The notes beneath the pieces were generated by a model. The model ran no database searches and was not told the origin of the DNA. It saw only the letters and a program-made list of their open reading frames with translations. 64,000 bases of DNA, from assembly GCA_964016885.1 (NCBI GenBank), contig OZ024742.1:302870001-302934000 (forward strand). The letters run 5' to 3'. Below, one piece after another: positions 1-10,497 of the stretch (the stretch's first letter is position 1; the number at the start of each line of letters is the position of its first letter). The DNA comes from Eledone cirrhosa (taxonomy: Eukaryota). A program made the translations under genes and the position numbers.

Positions 1-127
1 GAGGGATGGGGGGAAGAAGGAAATAAAGGAAGCGATAAAAGAATAAAAAGATCTTACGTCTCCCTTGGCAAGCAGGGGTTACCCATTGCAAAATCGGCAA
101 GAGGTGTTATAGTCCTAGTCTACCGCC

Positions 128-1124
128 CCCCTCCCCTAGTCTAGGATAGATTTGGCGGACCCCGCTTTTTATAGCAGCTGGTTTAGACCCCGGATACTTG
201 CCCCCTTTTTCCGACCGCTCCCACTATTTTCCGTGCCTTCTATATTTCTTAGTGACATTTATGCCTTATTTTCTCGTTTCAGTTTTTCTTTCTTCGCTTT
301 TCTTTTGGGCGGGGTGGATTCTGAATTTATTTTTCCGTATTCTACCTTTACTTCGTACGAACTTTCATGTAGCTTGTATAAGACCTTTTAGAGTTAGCAT
401 TAGTATATATTTTTTTCGGGACTCAGAATTATTATCTCGTACTAGTTTACTTTGCTGCACTGGGTGGTTGCTGGCATTGTGCCCGGGATAGAAACCTTTA
501 TTATTTATTTCGTGGTAGTCTCTTTAGTATTTTGGCACCATTTGTTGACCCGTCACCGTATGATTTACGTACTTATACCTCTTAAAAGGGTCCTTGCCTA
601 TTCCGTCCCACCTAGTTCATTTACTTATTTCGTTATTTCTTTATTTTTTTCTTTACTTCTTTCTTTCTTTATTTATTTATTTATCTAGCCTAACAATAGC
701 TAGAGACTTAGGTCGTAGAACTTGCTTTACTTTTTTCTTTACACTTATTCGCTTTTCTTCACTCTCAGTATTTTTTCTTTCATATATATTTTTACCCCTC
801 ATTGTTCTAACTACCGTTCCGACTTCCTCCCCCTCCCCAGTATATTCTTTGACCTCATGCCCAGCTGTAGCTGGCACTACCAACGCTTGATTGAGTCTAC
901 TCCACCCCCTCCCCTCTTTCTCCTACTGGCAGGTTTAGCCACCATCTCCCCTACTAATTTGCAATCACAGAATTACTACTGACTTTTGACAATCACTTTA
1001 ACCATATATGGAATTACCCCTTGAGAAGATCGGCTATTTAAATACCAGGATAAATTTTCATTTAGTCCAGAATTAGCCGTCGAAACGGCTTGAGCTCAGC
1101 CGTCGGGGTCTTACTGGTTCCTAT
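128..1124 (+). repeat. 5' pseudo-LTR (direct repeat of 3662-4651)
   Basis: Near-identical to 3662-4651 with scattered substitutions and a 7-nt indel. Confidence 0.95.
1009..1122 (+). ncRNA. Type I hammerhead ribozyme, U3:A8 core variant, extended stem II
   Basis: Stem I ACCCC(1016-20)/GGGGT(1105-09); core TTGAGAA (1021-27); stem II GATCGGCTA...TAGCCGTC; GAAA (1082-85); stem III CGGCT/AGCCG around TGAGCTC; GTC cleavage triplet ending at 1104. Confidence 0.8.
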
Positions 1125-1362
1125 TACCCACTCTACACCCCAAGTATTGAGTACTTTGGTGCGTTATGGTCCACCTGGTTCCTTACCACATTTCCTTCGT
1201 TATCTAGCTCCTATTCCCGTAGTAGAGCACTTTCCGACCTTACCACGCCGTATCCAGACTTTTCCGCTAAGCTCAATTCCTTTCACCCGCACCATGCGAT
1301 AACACAACATTGACTTCTCTACCAAGAACATCCCAATCCCACCGAAAAAACTGTACCTTCGG

Positions 1363-3450
1363 ATGCTCACGCAAAAAATCGATCTATTTGCGAAAAGACT
1401 TAGATGGAGAACTTTTTTCTATGACAGATATTGCGACAACCAGGACTTCGGCACCAAGGAGAGATTCGGATTTATTACCTACAAATTTCCGCCCCCGAAC
1501 CCCTTGCTCTCACCCTTCGAGAATGACCTCTTCCAACTGGTCAAGAACATTAAATTTAAACCCAGACACAACCGATTCTTACAAAAACTCCGTAGCAACT
1601 TAACAGAGTATGATAACACCAATGACATCATGGTGCATTCGGATAAAACTGGGAACCTATACTTTGTCAACCCTGACAGATACCACACACTGATCAGGAG
1701 CAGCCTAAACTCCACCTATAAAAAGGCCAACCACTCTTGCATCGAGGACATAAATCGAGATGGACAACAAATTACCTCCAGCCTCGGGGTCGCCGACCGC
1801 ACGGAACCTCTAGACCCACGGACACCATACTTCACACTGAAGGACCATAAATCCGATTTTGACCGTAAACCCTCTATCAGGCTTATTAACCCAACGAAGT
1901 CCGACATAGGGAGAATCAGCAAAAAAATCCTAGACCGCGTGATACCAAAAGTCAAGCAACACGCCCGACTTAGCCTATGGATCAACACCCAGGAAGTAAT
2001 CTCATGGTTCAGCAATATGGAGGATAAACGAGACACTAAATTCATACAGTTCGACATAGAGAGCTACTATGCTTCAATCACCTTACCGCTACTTACTGCC
2101 GCCTTGGACTTCGCCGAAACACTTGTGCCCATCACCGACCAGGAAAGAAAAATCATCCTCCACGCCAGGAAGACAGTCTTACTCTTTGACGACTCTAAAT
2201 GGATAAAAAGAGCTCCCGACTCACCCTTCGACGTCAGCATGGGCGCCACGGATTCGGCGGAGGTCACAGATGTTATAGGATTATTCCTAATAGCCAAACT
2301 CACTGATATGTTTCCTGCATTCGGTGGTGGATTGTACCGTGATGATGGGCTCCTTACCCTTAAAGGGTACAACCCCAGTAGTACAGATCGGGTCCGGAAA
2401 CAATTAATCAGTTTCTTCCCCGACTGGGGATTTAAAATAACCCTACAAACGTCCCTGACGCGAGTAAACTTCCTGGACGTGACCCTCGACCTCGAAAACG
2501 ACCTGTACTACCCATACAGGAAACCTAATGACAACCTGCACTACATCTACCACCGATCAAACCATCCTAGGAACATCACAAACAACCTGGTCAAAAACAT
2601 CTCCCTCCGCATATCCCGTTTGTCAGCTAATGAGCGGATATTCGATGAACATGCGCCTTATTACAACCAGGCCCTCAAGCGGAGTGGTTTCCGGGAGGAA
2701 ATATCCTACTGTCCAACTCCCATTAGCGGAACCAGCAGGAGACACCGCCGCTCACGCAATGTAACATGGTTAAATCCTCCCCACAACGCAGAGGTGACAA
2801 CTCCCATCGGGAAACTATTCTTTAGGCTCATTGAAAAACACTTCCCACTACAACACCGCTACCACAACATAATTAACAAAAATACCATCAAACTCTCTTA
2901 CAGCACTACACCAAACTTCGTACAAAACATCGTCTCCTCTAACAACAAAAAACTCAACCCCGATGGCAGAAATAACCTAAATAGCAGTGGAGAACCGACC
3001 AGGAGGTGTAACTGTCCGGATAGATCCATTTGCCCACTCGACAATAGATGCAGAGACCGTAATGTGATCTACCAGTGCAACGTGAGGACGGATACCTCCA
3101 ACAAAGCCTATATAGGACTAACCGCCTGTGACTTCAAGACCCGGCTATACCAACATAGACATACCTTCCGAAACCCGGCCCGACGTCACGCCACTACACT
3201 TTCGGGCCACATATGGGACCTCAAGGACAACAACATGACCTATGATCTCACTTGGAGATTACTGTCCAGAGCCAATTCTTACACGGGAGGACGCCGTCCG
3301 TGCAATTTATGCTCGGAGGAAACTTTACAAATACTGTTTTCGACGGACCAACTCATAAACAAGAAAGATGAACTGGTTACTGCATGTAAACATAGATTGC
3401 GTAGGACTTACCTCGCCCTCAAACCCCATAATGACCCGGGGAGGGGGTAG
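1363..3450 (+). CDS. PLE reverse transcriptase - GIY-YIG endonuclease polyprotein (695 aa)
   Basis: RT motifs SDKTGN, IRLINPTKSDIGRISK, FDIESYY, VSMGATDSAE, LYRDDGL, VNFLDV; Cys linker CNCPDRSICPLDNRC; GIY-YIG VIY...YIGLT; C-terminal CNLCSEE and CKH. An in-frame upstream ATG at 1294 is followed by TAA at 1300. Confidence 0.95.
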   Translation: MLTQKIDLFAKRLRWRTFFYDRYCDNQDFGTKERFGFITYKFPPPNPLLSPFENDLFQLVKNIKFKPRHNRFLQKLRSNLTEYDNTNDIMVHSDKTGNLYFVNPDRYHTLIRSSLNSTYKKANHSCIEDINRDGQQITSSLGVADRTEPLDPRTPYFTLKDHKSDFDRKPSIRLINPTKSDIGRISKKILDRVIPKVKQHARLSLWINTQEVISWFSNMEDKRDTKFIQFDIESYYASITLPLLTAALDFAETLVPITDQERKIILHARKTVLLFDDSKWIKRAPDSPFDVSMGATDSAEVTDVIGLFLIAKLTDMFPAFGGGLYRDDGLLTLKGYNPSSTDRVRKQLISFFPDWGFKITLQTSLTRVNFLDVTLDLENDLYYPYRKPNDNLHYIYHRSNHPRNITNNLVKNISLRISRLSANERIFDEHAPYYNQALKRSGFREEISYCPTPISGTSRRHRRSRNVTWLNPPHNAEVTTPIGKLFFRLIEKHFPLQHRYHNIINKNTIKLSYSTTPNFVQNIVSSNNKKLNPDGRNNLNSSGEPTRRCNCPDRSICPLDNRCRDRNVIYQCNVRTDTSNKAYIGLTACDFKTRLYQHRHTFRNPARRHATTLSGHIWDLKDNNMTYDLTWRLLSRANSYTGGRRPCNLCSEETLQILFSTDQLINKKDELVTACKHRLRRTYLALKPHNDPGRG

Positions 3451-3661
3451 AACTATAACACCTCTTGCCGATTTTGCAATGGGTAACCCCTGCTTGCCAA
3501 GGGAGACGTAAGATCTTCTTTTTATTCTTTTATCGCTTCCTTTATTTCCTTCTTCCCCCCATCCCTCCTTAGTCCTTCTACCCCAGCTCTTCTTCTTTGT
3601 CGGCGTTTTTTCTCGCCCACCCGAGGCTGCCCTTTGGTCCCTTGTAGCCTCAGTACCCCCA

Positions 3662-4646
3662 CCCCTCCCCTAGTCTATGATAGATTTGGCGGACTCCGCT
3701 TTTTATAGCAGCTGGTTTAGACCCCGGATACTTGCCCCCTTTTTCCAACCGCTCCCACTATTTTCCGTGCCTTCTATATTTCTTAGTGGCACTTATGCCT
3801 TATTTTCTCGTTTCAATTTTTCTTTCTTCGCTTTTCTTTTGGGCGGGGTGGATTCTGAATTTATTTTTCCGTATTCTACCTTTACTTCGTACGAACTTTC
3901 ATGTAGCTTGTATAAGACCTTTTAGAGTTAGCATTAGTATATATTTTTTTCGGGACTCAGAATTATTATCTCGTACTAGTTTACTTTGCTGCACTGGGTG
4001 GTTGCTGGCATTGTGCCCGGGATAGAAACCTTTATTATTTATTTCGTGGTAGTTTCTTTAGTATTTTGGCACCATTTGTTGACCCGTCACCGTATGATTT
4101 ACGTACTTATACCTCTTAAAAGGGTCCTTGCCTATTCCGTCCCACCTAGTTCATTTACTTATTTCGTTATTTCTTTATTTCTTTCTTTACTTCTTTCTTT
4201 CTTTCTTTATTTATTTATCTAGCCTAACAATAGCTAGAGACTTAGGTCGTAGAACTTGCTTTACTTTTTTCTTTACACTTATTCGCTTTTCTTCACTCTC
4301 AGTATTTTTTCTTTCATATATATTTTTACCCCTCATTGTTCTAACTACCGTTCCTCCCCCTCCCCAGTATCTTCTTTGACCTCATGCCCAGCTGTAGCTG
4401 GCACTACCAACGCTTGATTGGGTCTACTCCACCCCCTCCCCTCTTTCTCCTACTGGCAGGTTTAGCCACCATCTCCCCTACTAATTTGCAATCACAGAAT
4501 TACTACTGACTTTTGACAATCACTTTGACCATATATGGAATTACCCATTGAGAAGATCGGCTATTTAAATACCAGGATAAATTTTCATTTAGTCCAGAAT
4601 TAGCCGTCGAAACGGCTTGAGCTCAGCCGTCGGGGTCTTACTGGTT

Positions 4647-4651
<5 letters not shown>
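3662..4651 (+). repeat. 3' pseudo-LTR (direct repeat of 128-1124)
   Basis: Direct repeat; ends at TTCCTA followed by (TA)n. Confidence 0.95.
4536..4649 (+). ncRNA. Type I hammerhead ribozyme (U3:A8), copy in 3' pLTR
   Basis: Same as 1009-1122 except C>A at 4547, which breaks the stem I pair next to the core; predicted cleavage after 4631. Confidence 0.7.

Positions 4652-4707
<56 letters not shown>
4650..4707. repeat. (TA)n/(TG)n microsatellite, PLE target
   Basis: Direct reading. Confidence 0.95.
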
Positions 4708-4942
4708 ATGTCTTTGAAGGATGAGTATTTTAAATTTTATTTTATTCTGAATTAAGGCTCTATTGATTTTTCCCTGGATTTCACCAAATTCTGTTGATGA
4801 ATCTATATTCTGATTCTTTTTGAATTGAGTTTGAATTATTTTCCCACATCTTACGTTAACTATTTTTCCATTTTGACGCTATAGTCACTTATATATTATG
4901 GAATACTGTTGGCTTCTTGCTACAATAATTTCTATACTTTTC

Positions 4943-5000
<58 letters not shown>

Positions 5001-5528
5001 GTGTATGTCTATGTCTCTGTCTATGTGTACATACGTGTCTGTATATATATGCGAGTGTATTAACATTTCCACGCCAATGTTTATAATTATTGACACACTT
5101 CGAATTTCTCTTATTAAAATGTTGAAGTTGTTACAAATTGTATGTATTTTAATAAGTGTAATATTTGTAATTAAGTTTATTCGAAGATATAAATTATTTC
5201 CCTCTCTGCACTTGTTAAATATAAGGATTCATACACCAGTTTACTTCCATGTATAATATGAAGGTGTTCATTTTATAGATTCATATCTCGGTGTAGTAAT
5301 TAATTCCGGTTTGTTGGAATTATTATCTTTGTAGTTTTTGATGTTTTTAGCCCCTCGTCATCACTGAAAGAATATACCTATGATCAAATGTACTGCCGGT
5401 TTAGATGTCCTGTACTTGAAAATATGACGATCGTTCTATCTAATTTTGTGATCAATGGGGTCTAGGACTACAGAGCACTGTGATATTGGGATGAACTTTG
5501 TCTATTATTATTATTTCATCGTGAAACG

Positions 5529-6475
5529 GGCGGTGGATTGGCAGTATCGGTAGAGAGTCGGACGTCATGCTTTGCAGCATAGAGTTCAAATTTCGCCGAG
5601 GTTAACGTTGCCTTTCATCCTTACGGGGTCTATAAAATAAAGTACCAGTCACGCACTGGGGTCGATCTAATCAACTTTCCTCTCCCCCAAAATTGCTGGC
5701 CTTGTGCGTATATAAGAAACCATTATTCGCGAAACGAACGGTGGATTGGTAGTATCGGTAGAGAGTCGGACATCATACTTTATAGCAATGAGTAAACAGA
5801 CCTTTCTGTTCTGAGTTCAAATCCCGCCGAGGTTATCTTTGATTTTCATCCTTACGTGGTCGATAAAATAAAGTATTAGTAAGCACTGTGGTCGATTTAA
5901 TCGACTTTCTCCTCCCCTTGAAATTGTTGGCCTTGTGCCTAAAGTAGAACCAATTATTGTTAGCGTGGGAGATTTTTCTTGCTTTTTACATTCCGAATTA
6001 AAAATCGCCGCCAATCTGAACTTTGGCTTTCACCCTTTCGTGGTAGATAAGATAAAGTACCAGTAGCGCACTGGTTTTGATTTAATCGACTCGCCCCTCA
6101 CCCCGAAAATTGTTTACCTTGTGCCAAAATCAGAAGAGGGTCGGATGCTATTCTTTGCAGCATAGAGTTACGCCCCTTTATGGTGTGAGGTCAAATCCCG
6201 CCGAGGTTAACTTTGCCTTTCATCCTTATGGGGGTCGATAAAATAAAGTACCAGTAATGCACTGATATAATTGCTGGCCTTGTGCCAACAGTATAAACAA
6301 TTATTATTAGCGTGGGAGATTCTTTTGGTTTTTTACATTCCGACTTGAAAACCCGCCGTTGTGAACTTTGGCTTTCACCTTTTCGGCATAGATACGATAA
6401 AGTACCAGTAATTTACAGGGGTCATTATGATCGGCTTCCCACTCCCCAAAATTGCTGGATTTGTGCCTAAATTAT
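5529..6475 (+). mobile_element. Cluster of ~5 tRNA-derived Nin-domain SINE copies and fragments
   Basis: A box TGGCAGTATCGGT, B box GAGTTCAAATCC, central GCCTTTCATCCTTACGGGGTCGATAAAATAAAGTACC, tail GGCCTTGTGCC..AGAAAC(A/C)ATTATT, all repeated. Confidence 0.88.
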
Positions 6476-6631
6476 GAATCATGATGTTGGAGTAAAGCAA
6501 CACCGTAATGACTCATATTCTCTCGCCGTTATCTCCTCTACAATGTTCTGGAAAGAACGTCAGTACCAATGCCCAGAGAATAATTATAATTAAAACTCTC
6601 TGATTGTATCAGATGAAAGAATGGTATTTAA

Positions 6632-7140
6632 CTAATGTATTGGTACGCGATGGGGCCCACCCACAGCCCCGGCGGACAGAATGGAGAAGGCGTTTCCCCG
6701 TCGGACGGCAAGGGAGACGCGCTGGAAAATCCACTCCAACTCGCGGGGCTCACACCTACGGCTGGCCAGCTTAGCGCCTATGGTGGTGAGTAAGGAGGTA
6801 ACCCTGGGGCTGAGGACACCAGAAGTTTCCACTGCCAGGGGAACGACCGCAAACCTGTCGGAGAGCGACCGGTATTTGAGGAGTTTGGCCCCCTCAGCCC
6901 GACGTGCAGCAGAACCTGGGTCAGTCGCAGACTGCACCAGGTTGCGGCTGCAGAAAGTGTAGGTGCAAGTGGCATCCCAGACGAGGGGTTTGCCACCGCG
7001 GAACGGGAAGATGGTCATGCCATCTGGCCTTTTGCCGTCCCTCGATCTAGCCCCACCGGCTCGAGCTGAGAAGGGAAGCCTGCAGCGTCCAAGCCATGCT
7101 TAATGACCTCGTTGAGGGCAGTATGGCGTGGAATGCGGAA
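6632..7140 (-). mobile_element. CRE-clade non-LTR retrotransposon 3' fragment (restriction-like endonuclease)
   Basis: RH..LNEVI...GKRPDGMTIFPF..GKPLVWDATC...KLLKYRSL...VPLAVETSG...QRVSLAVRRGNA, a PD-(D/E)xK RLE typical of CRE. Confidence 0.8.
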
Positions 7141-7929
7141 CTCCAAGTAACTTCAAACATCACTGGTGACAACTCGCTATATTATACTAAAAGAAGAGAA
7201 ATAAATAAAGAAATATATAGAAATATATATTTTTGTAAATAAGACAATAGAACCGTGTGGAAATGGAAGCACCAATGGAAACATAAGTTTTAAATCTCCG
7301 AAGCCGTTTATGAAAGTATTGAAGAAGACAAGAAAACACACTTCGATCTTCCGACGTGAAGAGGCTCCTATCAGGAGAAACCGTCACCGAAGCATCATTT
7401 TTCTTACCTGTTGTACAAACCTGGCTGGACACAGAACACTGCGCAAACATTCTAATAGTTCTATAGAGTTATGAAATAATACATATGAATCATTAAGTAA
7501 TGTCAGTTTCATCCTTTTGAAGAAAAAAAAAAAAAAAAAAATGAGTATAAATCCTGGAAAGCTGTAAGTCAGGTATTGAAAAAAAAAAAAAAAAAAAATC
7601 ACAAGGGATTAACACTCCAAATTCATTATTTTCCTTTTACTTTGCTCCACTTTTCAAATTAAATGACATGACGGTTCAGTTATATTTAAATATTGTAAGC
7701 GCGTCCATTGAGAGTATCGTCTTTGACAAACTGTTCAGTTACTCGCATGTGTGCGTGCTGAACTCTGGGTCTTTCCGCTGGGAACAACCCCTTGTTCGCC
7801 CCTCCCTTTTTTGTGTACATCCATCCATTCACTCATTGATTTCCTGCCATTCTACCTTCCCGTGTCTCTCCATCCATGCATCCCCTTTTCGCTCTCGTTT
7901 TCTGGCACCTCCATATATATAGGTGAGCT

Positions 7930-9401
7930 ATGCTGCCCTCTTACCAGCACTTTCCCTTCCAACCACACACACCAGCCACCCACCCTGATGCCGCTCGGTG
8001 CCCCAGTCCCCGGCCCCAACCCCATCCCCACCCCTCCAAATCAACACCTGCAGCACTTGCGGCACCACTAACAAACGGAAGAGGGGCCGGAACTGTTTGG
8101 GGTGCGGCTCTTCCACCACCTCACCTGCGTTGGCTTGACTCGTCAAGCTTCCAATGCCCTCGCAGCGTGAAGGTGCAAGAGTTGCCTCTTCCCCACGTCT
8201 TCCCAGCCACGGCGTCTGGCATACCACCAGATGGGACAGCGAGCTTGCCTGACGCCCGAGCCTCGCTGGTCAACATCGCTCGGCTCAGGCGGCTCCGGAA
8301 GATCCCTCTCAGGATCCCGAGAGCAGCATGGGTGCCGGTAGCCGATGCCCTCGCTTCCTCGATTGAGAGCGCCCTGGACTCCAATCGAGCCAGTGACTAG
8401 GTGCGGCTATTCTATTTCGCCCCACTCGCCCTCGGCCTCCCCAGCTCTGGCGCTGACCGGGGCGACCGGTCAACAGCTGCCTTCGTCAAGGCCAATGTCA
8501 CGTCATTTGGGCGAGCGCCCAATCCAAGCGTGCCCAGGGACGCCACACACCCCACCCTCAGGTAATCCCTATCCTCCACCCCCGAGGCCAGCGCCAAGCG
8601 TTTGCGTGACCAGGTAAACGCAAAGCTTATCATGAGTGATGTCTCGGCCGCAGTCAGAGTTGTTGCCTCAGAGGACACTGTCCCCCAACCCACCGAGGAG
8701 ATCCTGGCTGCTCTGCGGCTCAAACACTCTGAGCCATCCACTGATCTCAGACCCATACCCCCACCCGACCCCCACCTGCTCCTTGAGGCTACTGATGCAG
8801 ATATCATGTCCGCCATCAGGTCCTTCCAAGCTAGAAGCTGCGGAGGTGTTGATCGTCTCCGACCAGGCCACCTCGAGGAGTTGACATCCCCCCTCTCTGC
8901 TGAGGCTGGGCGCCGCCTTCTGAGTGCAATTGTGGCGCTCACCAATAGGTTCATTCATGGTGCCTCGACCCTTACGCCCGAGGCCTCTTTTTTTCGGCCA
9001 GCCTCACCGCTCTCAGGAAGAAAGAGGGTGGCATACGCCCCATTTCTGTGGGCAATGTCTTCCGGAGGCTGGCTGTCAAAGTGATTTGCAAGTCCGTCAC
9101 ACACGAACTGGGTGAGGAGTTTAGTCCGGTGCAACTGGGTGTCGGCGTGTCCGGAGGCTGTGAGGGAGCCTCTCATGCAATCAGGCAGTTCTTCAGCAGC
9201 TGCCCATCGGTACCGGCATCCAGGGACTCCAGGCACCTCATTGTCAAGCTTGACATGAGGAATGCCTTTAACTCTTTACGCCGGGATCATCTGCTCGAGG
9301 CCTGCCTCAGCCGAGCCCCCTCTGCCTACCCGCTGGCCTACCTGTCATATGGAGCCCCGAGCATGCTCCTAGCTGCTGATACGGTCATACCCTCGTTGTG
9401 A
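7930..9401 (+). pseudogene. CRE-clade RT N-terminal fragment with stop and frameshift
   Basis: SCGGVDRLRPGHL, RPISVGNVFRRL, QLGVGVSGGCE, KLDMRNAFNSLRR across ORFs 7930-8400, 8602-9084 and 9048-9401; truncated before YxDD. Confidence 0.8.
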
Positions 9402-9655
9402 TTCGACATTCATACTTTAGTTACACAAGAAGATTTAGAAGTTGATCCAACAATTCGCTTGGTATTTTAGTAGAAGATTCTTTTCGTATTCAATAAGACA
9501 TCCATTAACATAGGACGAGAATTTATGCTGTTCAGTATGTATACATAATAATCTAGTAATTAATATACTATTTGTGTTTCGACGGAATCGGACAACACCT
9601 TCTGATTCTAAACTTCACCTAAACGTTGACATTTGCACTTGTTCTTCATATTCAC

Positions 9656-9687
<32 letters not shown>

Positions 9688-10497
9688 CACATGCAAATCC
9701 AGAATCTTTTTATTTCTCTTTTCATCTTTAATTTTAGCCTCCAAATCTTAAGTTTACTTACTTGATATATAAATCTTGAAAATTACATTCCTCAAGTTGA
9801 CGTTCCATGACCTTCATATGATTTCCTTCTGGTTTTTATTTTAACATTATAATCCTATCATCGTAAACCTCCTTAACTACGGCTGAGTGGATTACAATTC
9901 ATGACACAATGACAGTCATTTTAATCCTCTCTTAATCTATTGATTATTTTGCCACGGTGTCTGACATAGCTAAGACATTCTTCAAACAAACCCTTTCAGT
10001 ATTCATCAAATCTATTTATAGGAGGGATGAAATCTTATAAATACTATTGAGTATGTCCAAATACTTAAGTAGACAAAAATATGAAACTACACACATGAAA
10101 CATAAGCAACTTTATTTCGAGGTCAGAGCTTTTCTGTTCGAGAAATCTTCCTATTTAAAGGTATGCTGTATGTTCTAGATAAACATAAATTATATTAAAA
10201 TACTTTCGACTAGCCACTGATATTTTCCTTTTAACTCAGCTTCCTGCTGCGTTGCTTGATTGGAATGTTAAATATTAAAAGGTTATGCTTAATAGCATCC
10301 CCACACATTATAAACAATAGTTTAGATAACTTTTTTAAGCGAAAATAATTGTGATTTTTGTGGAATTTAATGCAGTTTTATTCTAAACCATCGCTATCTA
10401 TCGTACTTCTAGTCAATACACTTATCGCAATCATCATAATCCTCATCACTATCACAATCATCACCATCGTCAATATTATTATTATTACTATTATTAT

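Larger units (their letters stand above)
1..4650 (+). mobile_element. Penelope-like retroelement (Naiad-like), near full length: inverted partial pLTR, 5' pLTR, ORF, 3' pLTR ending in (TA)n; the left end runs off the window
   Basis: RT+GIY-YIG ORF flanked by ~1 kb direct repeats (128-1124 / 3662-4651); bases 1-117 are the reverse complement of 3448-3567; each pLTR carries a hammerhead motif; right end abuts (TA)n at 4650. Confidence 0.95.

Noticed and set aside
152-982. Short hydrophobic ORFs (and their duplicates at 3677-4379)
   Set aside because: Products of the T-rich pLTR; overlapping frames, no motifs.
1363-3660. Selenoprotein recoding (reported for some Naiad PLEs)
   Set aside because: No in-frame TGA; all zinc-finger Cys are ordinary Cys codons here and in the 43483-43975 element; no evident SECIS after the stop.
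5529-6475. tRNA genes or CRISPR-like repeat array
   Set aside because: A/B boxes belong to SINE heads with no complete cloverleaf; repeats are irregular SINE copies in eukaryotic DNA.
7341-7392. Hammerhead-like string GTGAAGA-GGCTCCTATCAGGA-GAAACCGTC
   Set aside because: C3 is mutated, stem II closure is missing and stem I is displaced; too degenerate to call.
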